Assembly: GCA_050485865.1 (NCBI GenBank)
Contig: JBJHCE010000003.1
Span: 1,506 to 65,505, forward strand
DNA length: 64,000 nucleotides
Reading direction: 5' to 3'
Source of the DNA: Gemmatimonadales bacterium
GTDB taxonomy: Bacteria > Gemmatimonadota > Gemmatimonadetes > Longimicrobiales > Gaopeijiaceae
Shown: positions 52,428 to 61,678 of the stretch, piece after piece
How the letters are laid out: every line of letters begins with the position of its first letter
How positions within the stretch are numbered: position 1 is the stretch's first letter
Position numbers and translations under genes: made by a program
Notes under the pieces: model-generated
What the model was told of the DNA's origin: nothing
The model's input: the letters and a program-made list of their open reading frames with translations, nothing else
The model's database searches: none

Positions 52428-55376
52428 TCACCCCCCGGCCCCCTCCACCCGGGCGAGCCCCTCCTCCGCCATCCGGATGTTGATCCGGTCCTTCGTGAAC
52501 CCCCCGAAGCTCGCCCACCCCCGGTCCGCGGCCCGCCGGTAGTGGGTGGCCGCGTGCTCGTGCTCCCCCAGGAGCTCGAAGGCGCGCGCCCGGAGGAGTT
52601 CGTCGAAGGTCCGCCACCCAAGGGCCATCACCCCCGACGGAAACGCCCCCTCGAGAGACGCGAGGGCGGCGGCCCCGTCGCCCGCCATCACGCGCCGCCC
52701 GGCCTCGAGGAGCATGTCCCCCCCGTGCGCCAGCATGTGCGTCGGATCCGGGTGCGGCGGGTAGGCCGCCCCCACCGCATCCACCAGGTCCTCCCACCCC
52801 CGGAGCGCCGCATGGAGCTGGAGGTTCACGCGGTGGATCGTCCGGTCGGGCTCCCCGAAGGCGTCGGGCCGGATCGCCGCAATCGCCTCCTGGAAGCGCT
52901 CCCGGCCCCGGGCCGTGTCCCCCACCCTGAGGTCCGCCTCGGCCAGCGACTGGAAGACGCTCGTGGCGTTCCGGTAGCGCCCCGTGGCCAGGTACACCTC
53001 GAGCGCACCTTCCAGCGCCGGGACCGCCCGCTCCACGTCGCCCGCGAGGACGTCCAGGCTCCCGCAGACCTCCCGGTCATCGGCCTGGGGCTCCGGCGGG
53101 AAGCCTGCGGCGTAGAGCGCATCGCACGCCGCCACCACCCCCGCCCGGTCCCCGAGCCAGAAGGCCCGCGCCACCTGCCACCGGGCGTGGTGGGGCGCGA
53201 AGGCCTCCCCCTGGGCCAGCGCCATGAGCGCATCGCCCCGCTCCATGTCGCCGAGCACCAGCGTCAGCACCGAAGCCGCCCTCAGCGTCCTCCGTCGCTC
53301 CGGGTCGAGCTCCAGCGCCTTTTCGAACGCCTCGAGCCCCCCCTCCGGGTCGAAGAGCCAGGAAGTCCGGTTGTTCCCCAGGTTCGCCCACGCGATGAAC
53401 TCGTCGGGAAAGCGCCCCACGATCCGCCGGTAGAGCTCCTCGGCCCGGTGCGCGTCGTACTCCACCTCCGAGGCCCGCGCCGCCTCCACGAGCCACCGCT
53501 CCCGGTCGGGGAGCCGCCCCCGGTGGAGCCAGGCCTGCTCCAGGTGGTGCGCGGTGCGCTCGAAGCGAAGCGTGTTCACCCCCGCCGCCGCCGCAAGCCG
53601 GTGCGCCATGGCGAACTCCGGATCCACCTCGATGGCCGCCTCGAGCCAGCGGAGCCCCTCCTCCGGGTCATCCTCCATGGTCCGTTCCCCCCGGGCGTAG
53701 TAGCGGAGCGCCTCGAGCGACGGCGTCGTCACCTCGGGGAGGGGCCGGCTCTCCGCCAGCGACTCCGCCGATTCCCCGAGCCGCCCCCGCACCTCGCGCG
53801 AAAGCCGCTCCACCGCGCCCAGGAGCCCCCGCTCCCCCGCCGAGGTCCGTACCGCGAAGAGCTCCTCTCCCGACCCGGGGTCGATCCCCCGTGCCCCCAG
53901 CACGTAGCGCGTTCCCACCCGGGCCACCGTGGTCTCGATCACCGCCCCTGCTCCGGCCCGCTCCGCCACCTCCCGGGCCACCGCCCCCTCCACCGGGGTA
54001 TCCACCGGCGTCCCCATCCGCTGGAGCACCCCCTCCACCCGCGCCCGGGGCACCACCCGCACGAACCCCGTCTGCTGGAGGTCCACGACCAGCGCCTCCC
54101 GGGTGGCGAGCGCCAGGTCGCCCACCTCCCCCGCCCCGCCGAAGTCGCTCACCACGACCTCTCCCCGGGGTGCGAAGGCCCCCCCTGCCGACCCCCGCGC
54201 CTCGAGGACCCGGGGCGCCTGCCGGGCCAGGAGCACACCGCCCACCACGAGGAGGATGAGGAGAACGAGGGCCCCGCCTGCCAGCACCATCGTTCGTTTT
54301 CCGGGATGCGACGCCCCGGGCCCCGGCCCGACGGGGCCGGCATGGGGGCGCCCCTGGGCCCGGAGCTCCGCCTCCACCGCGCGGGCGCTCGGGGGGCGCC
54401 CGTCCGGATCGGGGTCCAGGAGGCGGGCCACGAGCCCCGAGAGCGCCGGCGGCACCCCGGGGCGGAGGCCCGCCACCGCGGGGGGCGGACCCTTCGCGAT
54501 GGCGACCGCCAGGGTCCTCCGGTCCCGTCCCTCGAAGGGCCTCCGCCCGGCCAGGAGCTCGTGGAGGACGACGCCGAGGGCCCAGAGGTCGCTCCGGGGG
54601 TCCGGGGCCCGCCCCGCGAGCTGCTCGGGGCTCAGGTAGGCCGGGGTGCCGGAGGCGGGTGCAGGTTCCGCCGCCCCGACCCCGAGGGCGCGCGCCACCC
54701 CGAAGTCCACGATCTTCACCCGGTCCGCGGCATCGAAGACGAGGTTCTCGGGCTTCACGTCCAGGTGGAGGATCCCGGCCTCGTGGGCCGCGGCGAGCGC
54801 CGAGGCCACCTCGGCCCCGATCCGGACGGCCTCCTCCACCGTGAGCGGGCCGTCCCGGAGCCGGTCCCGCAGGGTTCCTCCCGGGTAGCTCGCCATGGCC
54901 AGGAAGGTGCGCCCGTCGGGGGTCTCGCCCACCTCGTAGACGGTGCCGATTCCCGGGTGGTCGAGGGCCGAGGCGGCCCGGGCCTCGTCCAGGAGGCGCC
55001 CCCCCCTCCTGGGACCCCGGGGGAGCAGCTTCACGGCGACAGCGCGGTCCAGGACCGGGTCCCGGGCCAGGTAGACCGATCCCATCCCCCCCGAGCCGAG
55101 GCGCCCCTCGATCCGGTAGCGCCCCACCGTGTCCCCGGGCACGGGGCCGGGAAGCTCCAGGAGCTCCGCCCCCTTCCCCGCCTCGAGGGCCGCCCCGAGC
55201 AGGCTCAGGCGGTCGGCGCCCCGCTCCACCACCTCGTGGGCGGCGAGGAGGGCGCGGAGCCGCTCCCGGAGCACCGGGTCATCGGGAAGGGCCCTCGCGA
55301 CGAAGGCATCGCGCGCGCCGGCCGGAAGCTCGAGGGCCTCGGCAAAGAGGGCCGAGAGGCGGTCCGCGTCGCTCAC
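52428..55376 (-). CDS. Ser/Thr protein kinase (non-RD) with TM helix and periplasmic TPR-rich sensor region
   Basis: GSGGMGSVY, AVKLL, HLDVKPENL (Leu replaces the RD arginine), DFGVA and GTPAYLSPE. TM MVLAGGALVLLILLVVGGVLLA. The GTG start overlaps the sigma-factor stop (GTGA at 55373-55376). Confidence 0.85.
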   Translation of the reverse strand: MSDADRLSALFAEALELPAGARDAFVARALPDDPVLRERLRALLAAHEVVERGADRLSLLGAALEAGKGAELLELPGPVPGDTVGRYRIEGRLGSGGMGSVYLARDPVLDRAVAVKLLPRGPRRGGRLLDEARAASALDHPGIGTVYEVGETPDGRTFLAMASYPGGTLRDRLRDGPLTVEEAVRIGAEVASALAAAHEAGILHLDVKPENLVFDAADRVKIVDFGVARALGVGAAEPAPASGTPAYLSPEQLAGRAPDPRSDLWALGVVLHELLAGRRPFEGRDRRTLAVAIAKGPPPAVAGLRPGVPPALSGLVARLLDPDPDGRPPSARAVEAELRAQGRPHAGPVGPGPGASHPGKRTMVLAGGALVLLILLVVGGVLLARQAPRVLEARGSAGGAFAPRGEVVVSDFGGAGEVGDLALATREALVVDLQQTGFVRVVPRARVEGVLQRMGTPVDTPVEGAVAREVAERAGAGAVIETTVARVGTRYVLGARGIDPGSGEELFAVRTSAGERGLLGAVERLSREVRGRLGESAESLAESRPLPEVTTPSLEALRYYARGERTMEDDPEEGLRWLEAAIEVDPEFAMAHRLAAAAGVNTLRFERTAHHLEQAWLHRGRLPDRERWLVEAARASEVEYDAHRAEELYRRIVGRFPDEFIAWANLGNNRTSWLFDPEGGLEAFEKALELDPERRRTLRAASVLTLVLGDMERGDALMALAQGEAFAPHHARWQVARAFWLGDRAGVVAACDALYAAGFPPEPQADDREVCGSLDVLAGDVERAVPALEGALEVYLATGRYRNATSVFQSLAEADLRVGDTARGRERFQEAIAAIRPDAFGEPDRTIHRVNLQLHAALRGWEDLVDAVGAAYPPHPDPTHMLAHGGDMLLEAGRRVMAGDGAAALASLEGAFPSGVMALGWRTFDELLRARAFELLGEHEHAATHYRRAADRGWASFGGFTKDRINIRMAEEGLARVEGAGG

Positions 55377-55912
55377 TCCCGCACCTCCCCGGGTCCGCCC
55401 CCGCCGAGCGCCTCGTGGAGCCAGGCCCGGGCCAGGGCCCAGTCCCCCTTCACGGTACGGGGCGAAACCCCGAGCGTCTCGGCCGTTTCCTCGACCCCGA
55501 GCCCCCCGAAAAACCGGAGTTCCACCACCTGGGCCAGGCGGGGATGCTCCTTTTCGAGGGCGCCCAGGGCCCGGTCCAGGTCCAGGAGCTCGGCGGCGCA
55601 CGCCTCCGCCGGAAGGGTCACGTCCGACAGGGTCACCTGCACCGGGTCGCCGCCGCGCTTGAGGGCGCCCCGGGCCCGGGCCGCATCCACGAGGACGCGC
55701 CGCATGGCCCGGGCCGCGGCCCCGAAGAAGTAGGCGCGCTCCCGCGACACGATCCCCGGATCGCCGGCCAGCCGGAGCCAGGCCTCGTGGACGAGCTCCG
55801 TGGTGTGCAGGGTCGGGTTCCCGCCCTCCCGGGAGCGGTGCCGGTGGGCGAGGGCCCTCAGTTCGTCGTAGAGGAGGTCGACGGCCGGGCCGTCGGGACC
55901 TTCGGTGTGCAT
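55373..55912 (-). CDS. ECF sigma factor of the kinase-associated type (TIGR02999-like)
   Basis: LLYDELRALAHRHRSREGGNPTLHTTELVHEAWLRL opening and region 4 LRFFGGLGVEETAETLGVSPRTVKGDW. Confidence 0.8.
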   Translation of the reverse strand: MHTEGPDGPAVDLLYDELRALAHRHRSREGGNPTLHTTELVHEAWLRLAGDPGIVSRERAYFFGAAARAMRRVLVDAARARGALKRGGDPVQVTLSDVTLPAEACAAELLDLDRALGALEKEHPRLAQVVELRFFGGLGVEETAETLGVSPRTVKGDWALARAWLHEALGGGGPGEVRE

Positions 55913-56147
55913 CGTGCCTCCGGCGGGTTCGGCCCCAGGGCAGGATCGGGGGTCGGCGCAGGGTAGCCCTCCGGGTGGGGTCGAGCAAGCGCGGAGCACG
56001 GCCCGGGAGGGGGGCGTTGCCCCTCCTTCCCGATTCTTCCGCATGAGGGGATGAGAGGCACCCCGTGCCACCCCGGACGCGGAGGGGAGGATCTCCGACC
56101 CCACCCTCCACCCAACCCCACCCCGCACCCGAACGGAGGATGCACCC

Positions 56148-56789
56148 GTGAAGAACCGCCGCCCCACCCTCACCCGACTCGCCGCCGCCGGCCTCGCCCT
56201 GGCCCTTTCCGCCGCCACCGTGGCCTGCCACGGCACCCCGGTGGACCAGGAGGGCGCCCTCCTCCACGCGACCGCGGCAGACCACGCCGCCCACGCCGCC
56301 CAGACCGGTGTCCGCGGTCCCCAGGGCCCGAACGCGAGCGCCCCCGACCTTGCCCGGATCCGCGCCGCCACCGCCCTGTACCAGCAGTTCGACCGCGCCG
56401 TGGCCGACGGGTTCATCGACCCAAGCGAGGAACTGGAGTGCGTGGCCCACCCCGAGCTCGGTGCCATGGGGATCCACTTCGTGAACTTCGAGCGCTACGG
56501 CACCCCCACCGTGGATCCCTCCCGCCCCGAGATCCTCCTCTACGAGCCCGGCGAGAACGGACGGATGCGCCTCGTGGGCGTCGAGTTCGCCGTGAACGCC
56601 GAGGCCTGGTACGCCGCGGGGAACACCGCCCCTCCCTCGGTGGCCGGGGTCGACTACGACCCGCCGAACCCCGAGGCCGGAAACCCCCTGGTGCAGAGCT
56701 CCTACACCCTCCATGTCTGGACCTGGCTCGACAACCCGAGCGGAATGTTCTTCCCCTTCAACCCCAGGGTGCGCTGCCCTGCACACTGA
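56148..56789 (+). CDS. Secreted lipoprotein, paralogue of the 43225-44202 product
   Basis: GTG start and lipobox SAATVAC. Shared blocks are MGIHFVN, RPEILLYEPGENGRMRLVGVEFAV and YTLHVWTWLDNPSGMF. Confidence 0.65.
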   Translation: MKNRRPTLTRLAAAGLALALSAATVACHGTPVDQEGALLHATAADHAAHAAQTGVRGPQGPNASAPDLARIRAATALYQQFDRAVADGFIDPSEELECVAHPELGAMGIHFVNFERYGTPTVDPSRPEILLYEPGENGRMRLVGVEFAVNAEAWYAAGNTAPPSVAGVDYDPPNPEAGNPLVQSSYTLHVWTWLDNPSGMFFPFNPRVRCPAH

Positions 56790-56851
56790 CCCGCCCCCGG
56801 TGCGGCGCTCCCCGGCTCACCCCGCCCGGGGGCGCCCGCCGGGCCCCCGCG

Positions 56852-57685
56852 TCACCCCACCGTGGCCACCGTCATCCGGTAGCGGTTCTCCACCGCCGCC
56901 GTGCCGTCGGTGGCCCGGTTGTAGCGGCTGAAGATGTCGTGGAGCTCGGCGGCAAGCTCCGCCCGGGCCCCTTCGTCGAGTCGCCCCGCCGTGCGCACCG
57001 CGGGGCCGAAGAAGGTGAGAAAGACCTCCACCGCGTGCTCCACCGACCGGAAGTACTGGACCGACACCCGCTCCTCGCTTCGGATCGCGGTGGTCCCGCC
57101 CCCGAGGAGTGCCTCGAGCCCCTCGTCGGTCCCCCACCGGAGGGGCGACGAGAGCCCCGGGGGCGGAGGCGCGTACCGGGCGTTCAGTCTGAAGAAGTCG
57201 CCGCTCCACCCTTCGCCGATGGGCGAGGCGAGCCCGATCGTTCCCCCGGGGCGACATACCCGAAGCATCTCCGCCGCCGCCCGCTCCTGGTCCGGCACGA
57301 AGTGCACCCCGTAGATCGAGAGCACCTGGTCGAAGTGGTTCGCATCCCAGGGCAGGTCCTGGGCATCTCCCACCCGGAAGTCCACCTGGAACCCCCAGGC
57401 GGCAGCCCGCCGCCGCGCCCGCTCGATGAGGGCGGGCACGTAGTCGATCCCCGACACGTCGCAGTACCGCCGCGCCGCCACGAGGGCCGCGGTCCCGCTT
57501 CCGCAGGCCACGTCCAGGACCCGCGCCCCGGCGTGGGGATCCACGGTGCGCACCAGGTCCTCGCCCATCCAGGCGTTCTGACGGGAGATCTCGTGGAAAT
57601 CCCCGGTGGCCCAGGTCTCCTGCTGGGTCCGGGTGATGCGGGCGAAATCGACGGGGGGCTCGGGTGCGGCGGACGGATCGTTCAT
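56852..57685 (-). CDS. Class I SAM-dependent methyltransferase
   Basis: Motif I VLDVACGSGTAA and post-I GIDY, then RVCRPGGTI. The start is set at MNDPS (57685). Confidence 0.8.
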   Translation of the reverse strand: MNDPSAAPEPPVDFARITRTQQETWATGDFHEISRQNAWMGEDLVRTVDPHAGARVLDVACGSGTAALVAARRYCDVSGIDYVPALIERARRRAAAWGFQVDFRVGDAQDLPWDANHFDQVLSIYGVHFVPDQERAAAEMLRVCRPGGTIGLASPIGEGWSGDFFRLNARYAPPPPGLSSPLRWGTDEGLEALLGGGTTAIRSEERVSVQYFRSVEHAVEVFLTFFGPAVRTAGRLDEGARAELAAELHDIFSRYNRATDGTAAVENRYRMTVATVG

Positions 57686-57772
57686 CGGGCTGCTCCACTC
57701 CTGCGCTCGGGGAACCTCGGGCGTCCCTTGCAGGTGGCCCACCCCCACCCCCCCGCGCAACCTGTGCCATCA

Positions 57773-57792
57773 TGTAGTCACATGTTACTACA
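57773..57792. promoter_or_regulatory. 20-bp AT-rich near-perfect palindrome TGTAGTCACATGTTACTACA (operator-like)
   Basis: 18 of 20 positions are self-complementary around a central ACATGT. It sits in the most AT-rich patch of this intergenic region, about 90 nt upstream of the methyltransferase start and 27 nt after the upstream stop. Confidence 0.45.
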
Positions 57793-57818
57793 ATTCCGCT
57801 GCACCTTCCCCTCCCCCG

Positions 57819-58472
57819 TTACCGCACCCGCACCGCCATTCCGAACTGCACCCGGGTGAAGGAGACCTTCCCGCAGTGCGCCCAGGTGTCCATGACGCAC
57901 CCCTCGTATTCGACCCCGAAGCGCCGCACCGTGAGGCTCATCCGTGCCCGCGAACCCGGTACCTCGGACTCCTCGATCAGGTAGAACCAGCTCCCGGTGG
58001 ACACCGGCCCCCGGGACGCATCGAGCGGTTCCTCGACCCGCCCGCTGCTCTTCCCCTCCTGGCTCACCTCGAAGCGGTGCCGCGCGAACCCGTACCCTGC
58101 ACCCACCCGGAGCCCGAAGACCGCCGGCGTCACGAGCACCGGCGCCACCTCGAAGCTCGTCCCCAGGCTCCGGCGCACCACCCGCTCCTGCACGCACTCC
58201 AGCGCCTCCGGCCAGTAGAGGGCGCAGGTGGCCGCCGCCTCGCTGGACCGTCCCCACTCCCGCGCCGCACTCGCCTGGACCCGGAAGTAGGGTGCCAGGG
58301 CCCGCACCGGGTGCACCGAGATCCACCCCTCGACCCCGGGCCCCCCGGGCATGGTCTGGAGGCTCGATTCACCCCGGAAGACCCCGAGCCCCAGCTCCTG
58401 CGCCTCCGCACCGTCCGGCACGCCGGCGGCGGCAACCGCGAGGCAGGCGACGAGGGCCGGAAGAATGCGCAT
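57819..58472 (-). CDS. Secreted hypothetical protein (possible small beta-barrel)
   Basis: Signal peptide MRILPALVACLAVAAAGVPDGAEAQ and alternating hydrophobic strands. The upstream ATG at 58514 is an alternative start. Confidence 0.5.
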   Translation of the reverse strand: MRILPALVACLAVAAAGVPDGAEAQELGLGVFRGESSLQTMPGGPGVEGWISVHPVRALAPYFRVQASAAREWGRSSEAAATCALYWPEALECVQERVVRRSLGTSFEVAPVLVTPAVFGLRVGAGYGFARHRFEVSQEGKSSGRVEEPLDASRGPVSTGSWFYLIEESEVPGSRARMSLTVRRFGVEYEGCVMDTWAHCGKVSFTRVQFGMAVRVR

Positions 58473-58661
58473 CCCGGCATGGGCAGGGCGTTTCCTTCGG
58501 GAGATGCGGGACATGGCGGGCGGGGGTTCGGGGTCCGGATACCCGCGGGCGCCAGGCGGCGCGTGCGGGAGCTGCTCCCGATGTGAACGAGCGAAGGGTC
58601 CGGAACGAGACGTCGCCCGCCCTGCGCCCGCCTTCCCGCGGGGCGGGAGTCCCCGGGCCCG

Positions 58662-59369
58662 CTACTCGCCGAGGAGCGCTTCCACCTCCCGGTGGGCGTC
58701 GAGCTCCCGGAGGCGCTCCTGGACCCGGGTCAGTGCCTCGCGGAGCCGCCCCTGGTCCGCGGAGACGACCCCCTCGAAGAGCTCGGCGGCGGTGTCCAGG
58801 GCCTCGTCCATTCGCGCGTCGAGGCGGGTCTCGAGGGCGTCGGCCCGGGCCCGCCTGCGCTCGGCGCCAGGGCCGTCGGCACGGGCGGTGCGAAGGAGGC
58901 GGACCACCTCCAGGTCGCGGGCGGTGCCGTGCATCAGCTCCAGGAGCTCCTCGGCGGCCGTGGTGGCGTGGGTCCCGGCCCCGGCGTGGGCGAGGATCCT
59001 CCCCACCAGGGCCTCGGCGGCGGGAAGGCGGGGATCGAGGGCGGCGCCGGGGCCCTCCGCTCCGTCGGCTCCCATGACCGGTGCCCCCAAGGCCGCGAGC
59101 GGTACCCGCCCCGTCTCCTCCCATTCCTCCACCAGGGCCCGGGCCCGGCGCACCCGGGCCGACGGCGGGTAGATCCATGCCACCCCGAAGGGGAGGAGCC
59201 CCACCGCGAAGATCGGAAGCCCCGCCGGAACCCCGAGCGCACTCAGGGCAAGGACCCCGAGGGTGAGTCCGCCCACCCCGAGCCCCAGCTTCTGCCGGAA
59301 CCGGTGGACCACCCCTTCCGCCTCCTCCACCACGGCGGGGAGGCTCGACTCCGAGTCAGGTCGGGCCAT
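58662..59369 (-). CDS. Two-TM membrane protein with coiled-coil C-terminal domain
   Basis: TM helices LGLGVGGLTLGVLALSALGV and IFAVGLLPFGVAWIY, with a heptad-like tail (LREALTRVQERLRELDAHREVE). It overlaps the upstream gene by 14 nt. Confidence 0.5.
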   Translation of the reverse strand: MARPDSESSLPAVVEEAEGVVHRFRQKLGLGVGGLTLGVLALSALGVPAGLPIFAVGLLPFGVAWIYPPSARVRRARALVEEWEETGRVPLAALGAPVMGADGAEGPGAALDPRLPAAEALVGRILAHAGAGTHATTAAEELLELMHGTARDLEVVRLLRTARADGPGAERRRARADALETRLDARMDEALDTAAELFEGVVSADQGRLREALTRVQERLRELDAHREVEALLGE

Positions 59370-59727
59370 GGTCGGCTCGTACCGGCTCGGCCCGGGGAGC
59401 CCGCCCCGCCCTTTCGAGCGCCCGGGCCTGCCGCTCGAGTCCCTCCTCAACCCGGAGCCGCTCCGCCGCGGTGGTGCGGTCCACGTGGCCCAGAAAGCGC
59501 TCGATCAGGTCCCCGCTCCCCGTGACCCCGGCGCGAACGCTCCGCATCCCCGCGAAAAGGACGGGGACGAGGCCGATCACCACGACCACGAAGGGGCCGA
59601 GGCCCTCGTCCAGCCGGTTCAGGCTCCACACGAGGGTGAGGGCCGCCAGCGCGAGGGCGGCCACCCCGACGGGGACCGCGGTGCCACGAACGAGGAGCTG
59701 GACGGGGTGTGCGGGTGCCGAGGGCAT
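59356..59727 (-). CDS. Two-TM membrane protein
   Basis: TM helices AVPVGVAALALAALTLVW and FVVVVIGLVPVLFAG. The start was chosen at MPSAPAH (the track ORF starts at 59793). Confidence 0.45.
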   Translation of the reverse strand: MPSAPAHPVQLLVRGTAVPVGVAALALAALTLVWSLNRLDEGLGPFVVVVIGLVPVLFAGMRSVRAGVTGSGDLIERFLGHVDRTTAAERLRVEEGLERQARALERAGRAPRAEPVRADHGPT

Positions 59728-59794
59728 GGGGGTCGGGTGCACCGGGGTGGGGGCGGCGGAGGAGCGGGGGCGCGGAGGGGGCGTTCGCGGCAAC

Positions 59795-60613
59795 CTAGGT
59801 GGGGCGGGGGCCGGGGTCCAGTGTCGGATCGGGTTCAGCGCCCGGGGCGCGGGGAGGGGCGCCGAGGCTCCGGGGACCCAGGTACGCGCGGCGGAAACCG
59901 TGGTGGAGGCGGGCCTCGTCGGGGGTACCGAGCCAGTGGCTCGTCCCGGCGGTGACCCAGATCACGAGGTCCGACACGGAGAAGACGTCGTCCACGTCGT
60001 GCCCGGAGGTCACGACGGCGCACCCCGAGTCCCGGAGGCGCCCGAGGGCGTGCGCCACGAGGGGGCGGTCCTTCGGGGCCACCCCGGCAAAGGGCTCGTC
60101 CACGAGGAGGCAGGCGGGGGCCCGGACGAGGGCGAGGGCCAGCGAGGCGCGCTGCCGTTCGCCCCCGGACATCCGGGGCGGGCGGTGGTCGAGGAGGGGG
60201 CCCAGGGCCAGGGTCTCCACCGTCTCCTCGACGCGCTCGGCCCCTCCGTGGGCCCTGACGAGGGCGGCGAGGTGCTCGCGGAGGGTGAAGAGACGAGTGA
60301 GGGCAGACCCCTGGGCGCCGTACATGAGCCCGGAACGGGCGAGGCGGGCCAGCGACGGGCGCTCCTGGTAGACCCCCCGCCAGGCGACGCGGCCGTAGTC
60401 CGGGCGGAGGAGTCCCGCGGCGATGCGGAAGAGGGTGGTCTTCCCTGCCCCGTTCCGGCCCATGAGGGCGGTGATGCGACCCGGGGTGGCGTGGAAGGCG
60501 GCGGACTTGAGGACGGTATTCCTGCCGAAGGACTTGCCGATGCCATCGGCCTCGAGGACCGGGGCGAGGTCCGGGGCCGGGACCGGGGCGGGGGCGGATC
60601 CGGGCGCCGTCAC
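59795..60613 (-). CDS. ABC transporter ATP-binding protein (LptB/LivF-like)
   Basis: Walker A GRNGAGKTT, signature MSGGERQR, Walker B LLVDEPFAGV and H-loop SGHD. The ATG overlaps the upstream stop (ATGA at 60610-60613). Confidence 0.85.
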   Translation of the reverse strand: MTAPGSAPAPVPAPDLAPVLEADGIGKSFGRNTVLKSAAFHATPGRITALMGRNGAGKTTLFRIAAGLLRPDYGRVAWRGVYQERPSLARLARSGLMYGAQGSALTRLFTLREHLAALVRAHGGAERVEETVETLALGPLLDHRPPRMSGGERQRASLALALVRAPACLLVDEPFAGVAPKDRPLVAHALGRLRDSGCAVVTSGHDVDDVFSVSDLVIWVTAGTSHWLGTPDEARLHHGFRRAYLGPRSLGAPPRAPGAEPDPTLDPGPRPT

Positions 60614-60894
60614 CGGAAGAGGAGCTCGAGGAGGAGGGGGAGCGGGAGGGCGGCGAGGGCGATTCCGCGCCTGGGGATCCCCAGGTTGCCGAGAAAGACG
60701 TCCTCGCCCCGCCTTCGGGCGTCGAGGACGATGGTGGCCACCACGACGAGGAGGACCGCGGCGGCTTCGAGCGCCGACACCCGGACGAGCCCCGCCACCG
60801 CGAGGACCGCCCGGAGCCCCACCCAGACGACGAGCCCGCGGAGGAGGTAGCTCCTCCGGATGCGGGGGAGGCGGAAGATCCGGAGCGCGTGCAT
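60610..60894 (-). CDS. Small three-helix membrane protein
   Basis: 94 aa. Hydrophobic segments LLRGLVVWVGLRAVLAVAGLV, AAAVLLVVVATIVL and GIALAALPLPLLLELLF. Confidence 0.45.
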   Translation of the reverse strand: MHALRIFRLPRIRRSYLLRGLVVWVGLRAVLAVAGLVRVSALEAAAVLLVVVATIVLDARRRGEDVFLGNLGIPRRGIALAALPLPLLLELLFR

Positions 60895-60936
60895 GCGGCG
60901 GGTGGGGGTGCAGGTGCGGGTTGCGGGTGGGCCGGG

Positions 60937-61488
60937 TCAGACCCGGACCAGGCAGCGGAAGCCCCGGGCCGCGTAGTACGAGTCGGCGCCGTTGTGGTAG
61001 ATCCAGGTGCGACCGAAGCGGTGGTCGCCGAAGACCGCGCCCCCCCGCGCGCGGACGTCGTCCGGGGTGCGGAGCCAGCTCGAGGTCTTCGTGTCCACCG
61101 GGCCCAGCGACTGCAGGTAGTGGTACTCCTCCTCGGTGAGGAGGGCGGCACCCATGCGGCGGGCCTCCTCCTCGGCACTCCCCTCGGGGGGGAACTTCTT
61201 CCGCGCGAGGCGCGCCTCCTCATCGTAGCAGAGGCTCCGGCGCCCCGCCGGGGTCTCCCGGGCACAGTCCACGAACACGAAGGCGCCGGTCGCGGCGTCG
61301 ATTCCGACCACGTCGGGCTCCCCCCCCGTCTCCTCCAGCGCCTCCAGGGTGCGGAGTTTTCCGGGGTCCGCTTCGAGCCGTGCCCGGACGTTGGCCCAGT
61401 CGAGCCCGGGGTGGCGGTGGGCGTTTGCGCGAAAGCGGGCCTCGAGGGTCTCGAGAATCGCGGGGGGCGCGGAGGGGGCTGGGGTCAT
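60937..61488 (-). CDS. DUF4256-like protein
   Basis: L..LE.RF..N..RH.G..W..V...L......L..L..ME.TGGEPDVVG and the C-terminal NGA.SYY..RGFR pattern. The track ORF is over-extended to 62094. Confidence 0.65.
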   Translation of the reverse strand: MTPAPSAPPAILETLEARFRANAHRHPGLDWANVRARLEADPGKLRTLEALEETGGEPDVVGIDAATGAFVFVDCARETPAGRRSLCYDEEARLARKKFPPEGSAEEEARRMGAALLTEEEYHYLQSLGPVDTKTSSWLRTPDDVRARGGAVFGDHRFGRTWIYHNGADSYYAARGFRCLVRV

Positions 61489-61678
61489 GTGCGGGTGGGT
61501 GCGGGGTCGAGGAATTGCGGTGGATTCGGTGGGAACCGGGGGCGCCAACGTAGGGGGTGGAGGGGCAGGACCGACAGGGGTGCGCCCGCCGCCCCGTGAA
61601 TCCTTTTCGGAATGCACCCGTAGGAGGGAGAACACCGAGTTTCCGAATCCTTGCGCTCCACCGGAGTTCATTTCCCCG

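Noticed and set aside
52542-55733. 1063-aa plus-strand ORF antisense to the Ser/Thr kinase. The same phenomenon occurs at 40763-43441, 19509-21368, 12699-15056 and 36882-38702.
   Set aside because: These are R/P/G/E-rich low-complexity translations with no domains. In every case the other strand carries a gene with strong motifs (kinase, APC permease, CoxI, PKS operon, M28 peptidase).
52428-56786. Track ORF of 1452 aa, suggesting a giant kinase
   Set aside because: The kinase-related sequence starts only at GTG 55376, which overlaps the stop of the ECF sigma gene (55373-55912, different frame). The upstream 470 codons are G/R/P-rich and overlap both the sigma gene and the antisense of the 56148-56789 gene.
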